A stretch of DNA of 64,000 nt from Calcarisporiella thermophila CBS 279.70 (Eukaryota; Fungi; Calcarisporiellomycota), in the NCBI RefSeq assembly GCF_041956535.1, contig NW_027192196.1:576921-640920 (forward strand), given 5' to 3'. The notes beneath the pieces are model-generated. The model saw only the letters and a list, made by a program, of their open reading frames with translations, searched no databases and was not told where the DNA came from. Shown here piece by piece: positions 62,659 through 64,000 of this stretch; position 1 is the stretch's first letter; every line of letters begins with the position of its first letter. A program made the translations under genes and the position numbers.

Positions 62659-64000
62659 ATGGCCATGGCAGTAAGTTTCTCACATCCATTTTAGCGCAAT
62701 CAGTCCTCAACTCACTAATTCGATGTTCTTGGCTTTCCCCCTTATGACTAAAATGCCATCTAGAGTATATTTGGTCTCTCGACGCCGGTCGATGTCGAGA
62801 TAGGTTTCAAAGACGAAGAGGCGCGCAAAATGGTCGAGGTTAAAATCGACAAGGATCGTCGGCAGAAAATTCCACTCTTTCTGGACGGAGAGACGGTTGC
62901 GGGTCGTGTGACCGTGCGAGTAAGAGATGGAAAGAAGTTGGAGCACAATGGAATTAAGATTGAATTTGTCGGAACGATTGGTAATAAGTCATTACTTTGG
63001 GGGTTAAAGTGAAATTGATTACTTCATGGCCTTTTTTTTTTTCTCTTTTGATTTTGTCAGAAATGTTCTACGATCGTGGCACACACTATGAGTTCACATC
63101 GCTGGTCCAAGAATTAGCTGAGCCGGGCGAAATGCGCCAGACGACCTCTTATGACTTTGAGTTTAAGAATGTGGAGAAGCAGTATGAAAGCTATTTTGGT
63201 ATTAATGTCAAGCTCAGGTAATAGCAGCCCGAGGATACATGTCGGCCCCACTCTCTTTAATATATTTCTCCCGAAATTAAAGATATTTTGTGCGAGTGAC
63301 CATATCTAAACGTCTGTCCGACATTGTAAACGAGCGCGACATATGGGTATACAACTACAAGATACCCGCCGATAACAACACCTCGATCAAGATGGAGGTT
63401 GGGATCGAGGATTGTCTGCATATCGAGTTCGAATACAACAAGTCGAAGTAAGTCCATCCGAATGACCCTGTGTCTTGTCCAGCTCTCGTTCTATTGACCT
63501 TCGCTGCGTTAGATACCACCTGAAAGATGTCATTGTTGGAAAAATTTATTTCCTGCTAGTGCGCATCAAGATCAAGCACATGGAGCTCTCTATTATACGC
63601 CGTGAAACTACAGGCTCAGGTTCGATAGCTGTCCATTGTCTATGTCCATTCTCTGTTAACACTTCTTACTATAGCACCCAATCAGTACAATGAGAGTGAA
63701 ACGATTACCAAGAGCGAGATAATGGATGGTGCACCGGTTCGTGGTAAGTGCTCAGATTTTCTGCCTGCCGATACCGTCGATGCTGATTGACTCTCATAAA
63801 CTTAGGCGAGACGATACCAATTCGCCTCTTCCTTGGCGGCTATGAGCTGACACCCACTTTCCGTGACGTGAACAAGAAATTCTCCACCCGCTACTACCTT
63901 AATCTTGTGCTGGTCGACGAGGAGAATCGGCGTTATTTCAAGCAGCAGGAAATTACGCTTTTCAGGAGAAAAATCGATGATGGGTTGCCTCCCGAGGGCG
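62659..64000 (+). CDS. VPS26: Retromer subunit VPS26 (3'-truncated by window)
   Basis: GKKLEHNGIKIEFVG, FKNVEKQYESYFGINVKLR, IKMEVGIEDCLHIEFEYNKS, YHLKDVIVGKIYF, GETIPIRLFL and DEENRRYFKQQEI. Confidence 0.96.

Noticed and set aside
1-64000. tRNA, rRNA, CRISPR arrays, transposase or reverse-transcriptase ORFs
   Set aside because: None recognised. The GAATCC/TCGATTC hits lack cloverleaf context.

Overview
Gene-dense, intron-rich eukaryotic DNA with short GT-AG introns of about 55-200 nt. The gene content and the presence of a minor-spliceosome intron point to an early-diverging, Mucoromycota-like fungus (inference). I can support about 26 protein-coding genes: NAD kinase (partial), phospholipase C, a secreted HExxH protein, a Puf1/2-type RRM-PUF protein, an Env7/STK16 kinase, profilin, a Zn2Cys6 transcription factor, a CRAL-TRIO protein, a CC1-box coiled-coil protein, a P450, a LIM-binding co-regulator, an AT-hook coiled-coil protein, mitochondrial bL35, Acl4, Opy2, an MDR oxidoreductase, an NRT2 nitrate transporter, nitrate reductase, Ivy1, Hikeshi, CP2/Grainyhead, an SCP2 protein, proteasome alpha3, an unknown small protein, DIS3L and VPS26 (partial). 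Highlights: (1) a divergent NRT2 + nitrate reductase pair with no nitrite reductase in the window, sharing a GATA-dense promoter with a doubled TATCAATTGATA palindrome; (2) a clear U12-type AT-AC intron inside a metazoan-type DIS3L gene; (3) an internally deleted bL35m that the ORF track missed; (4) a disrupted coding-like remnant with a second possible AT-AC intron. I recognised no tRNA, rRNA, CRISPR array or intact transposon. All exon boundaries were inferred by eye.
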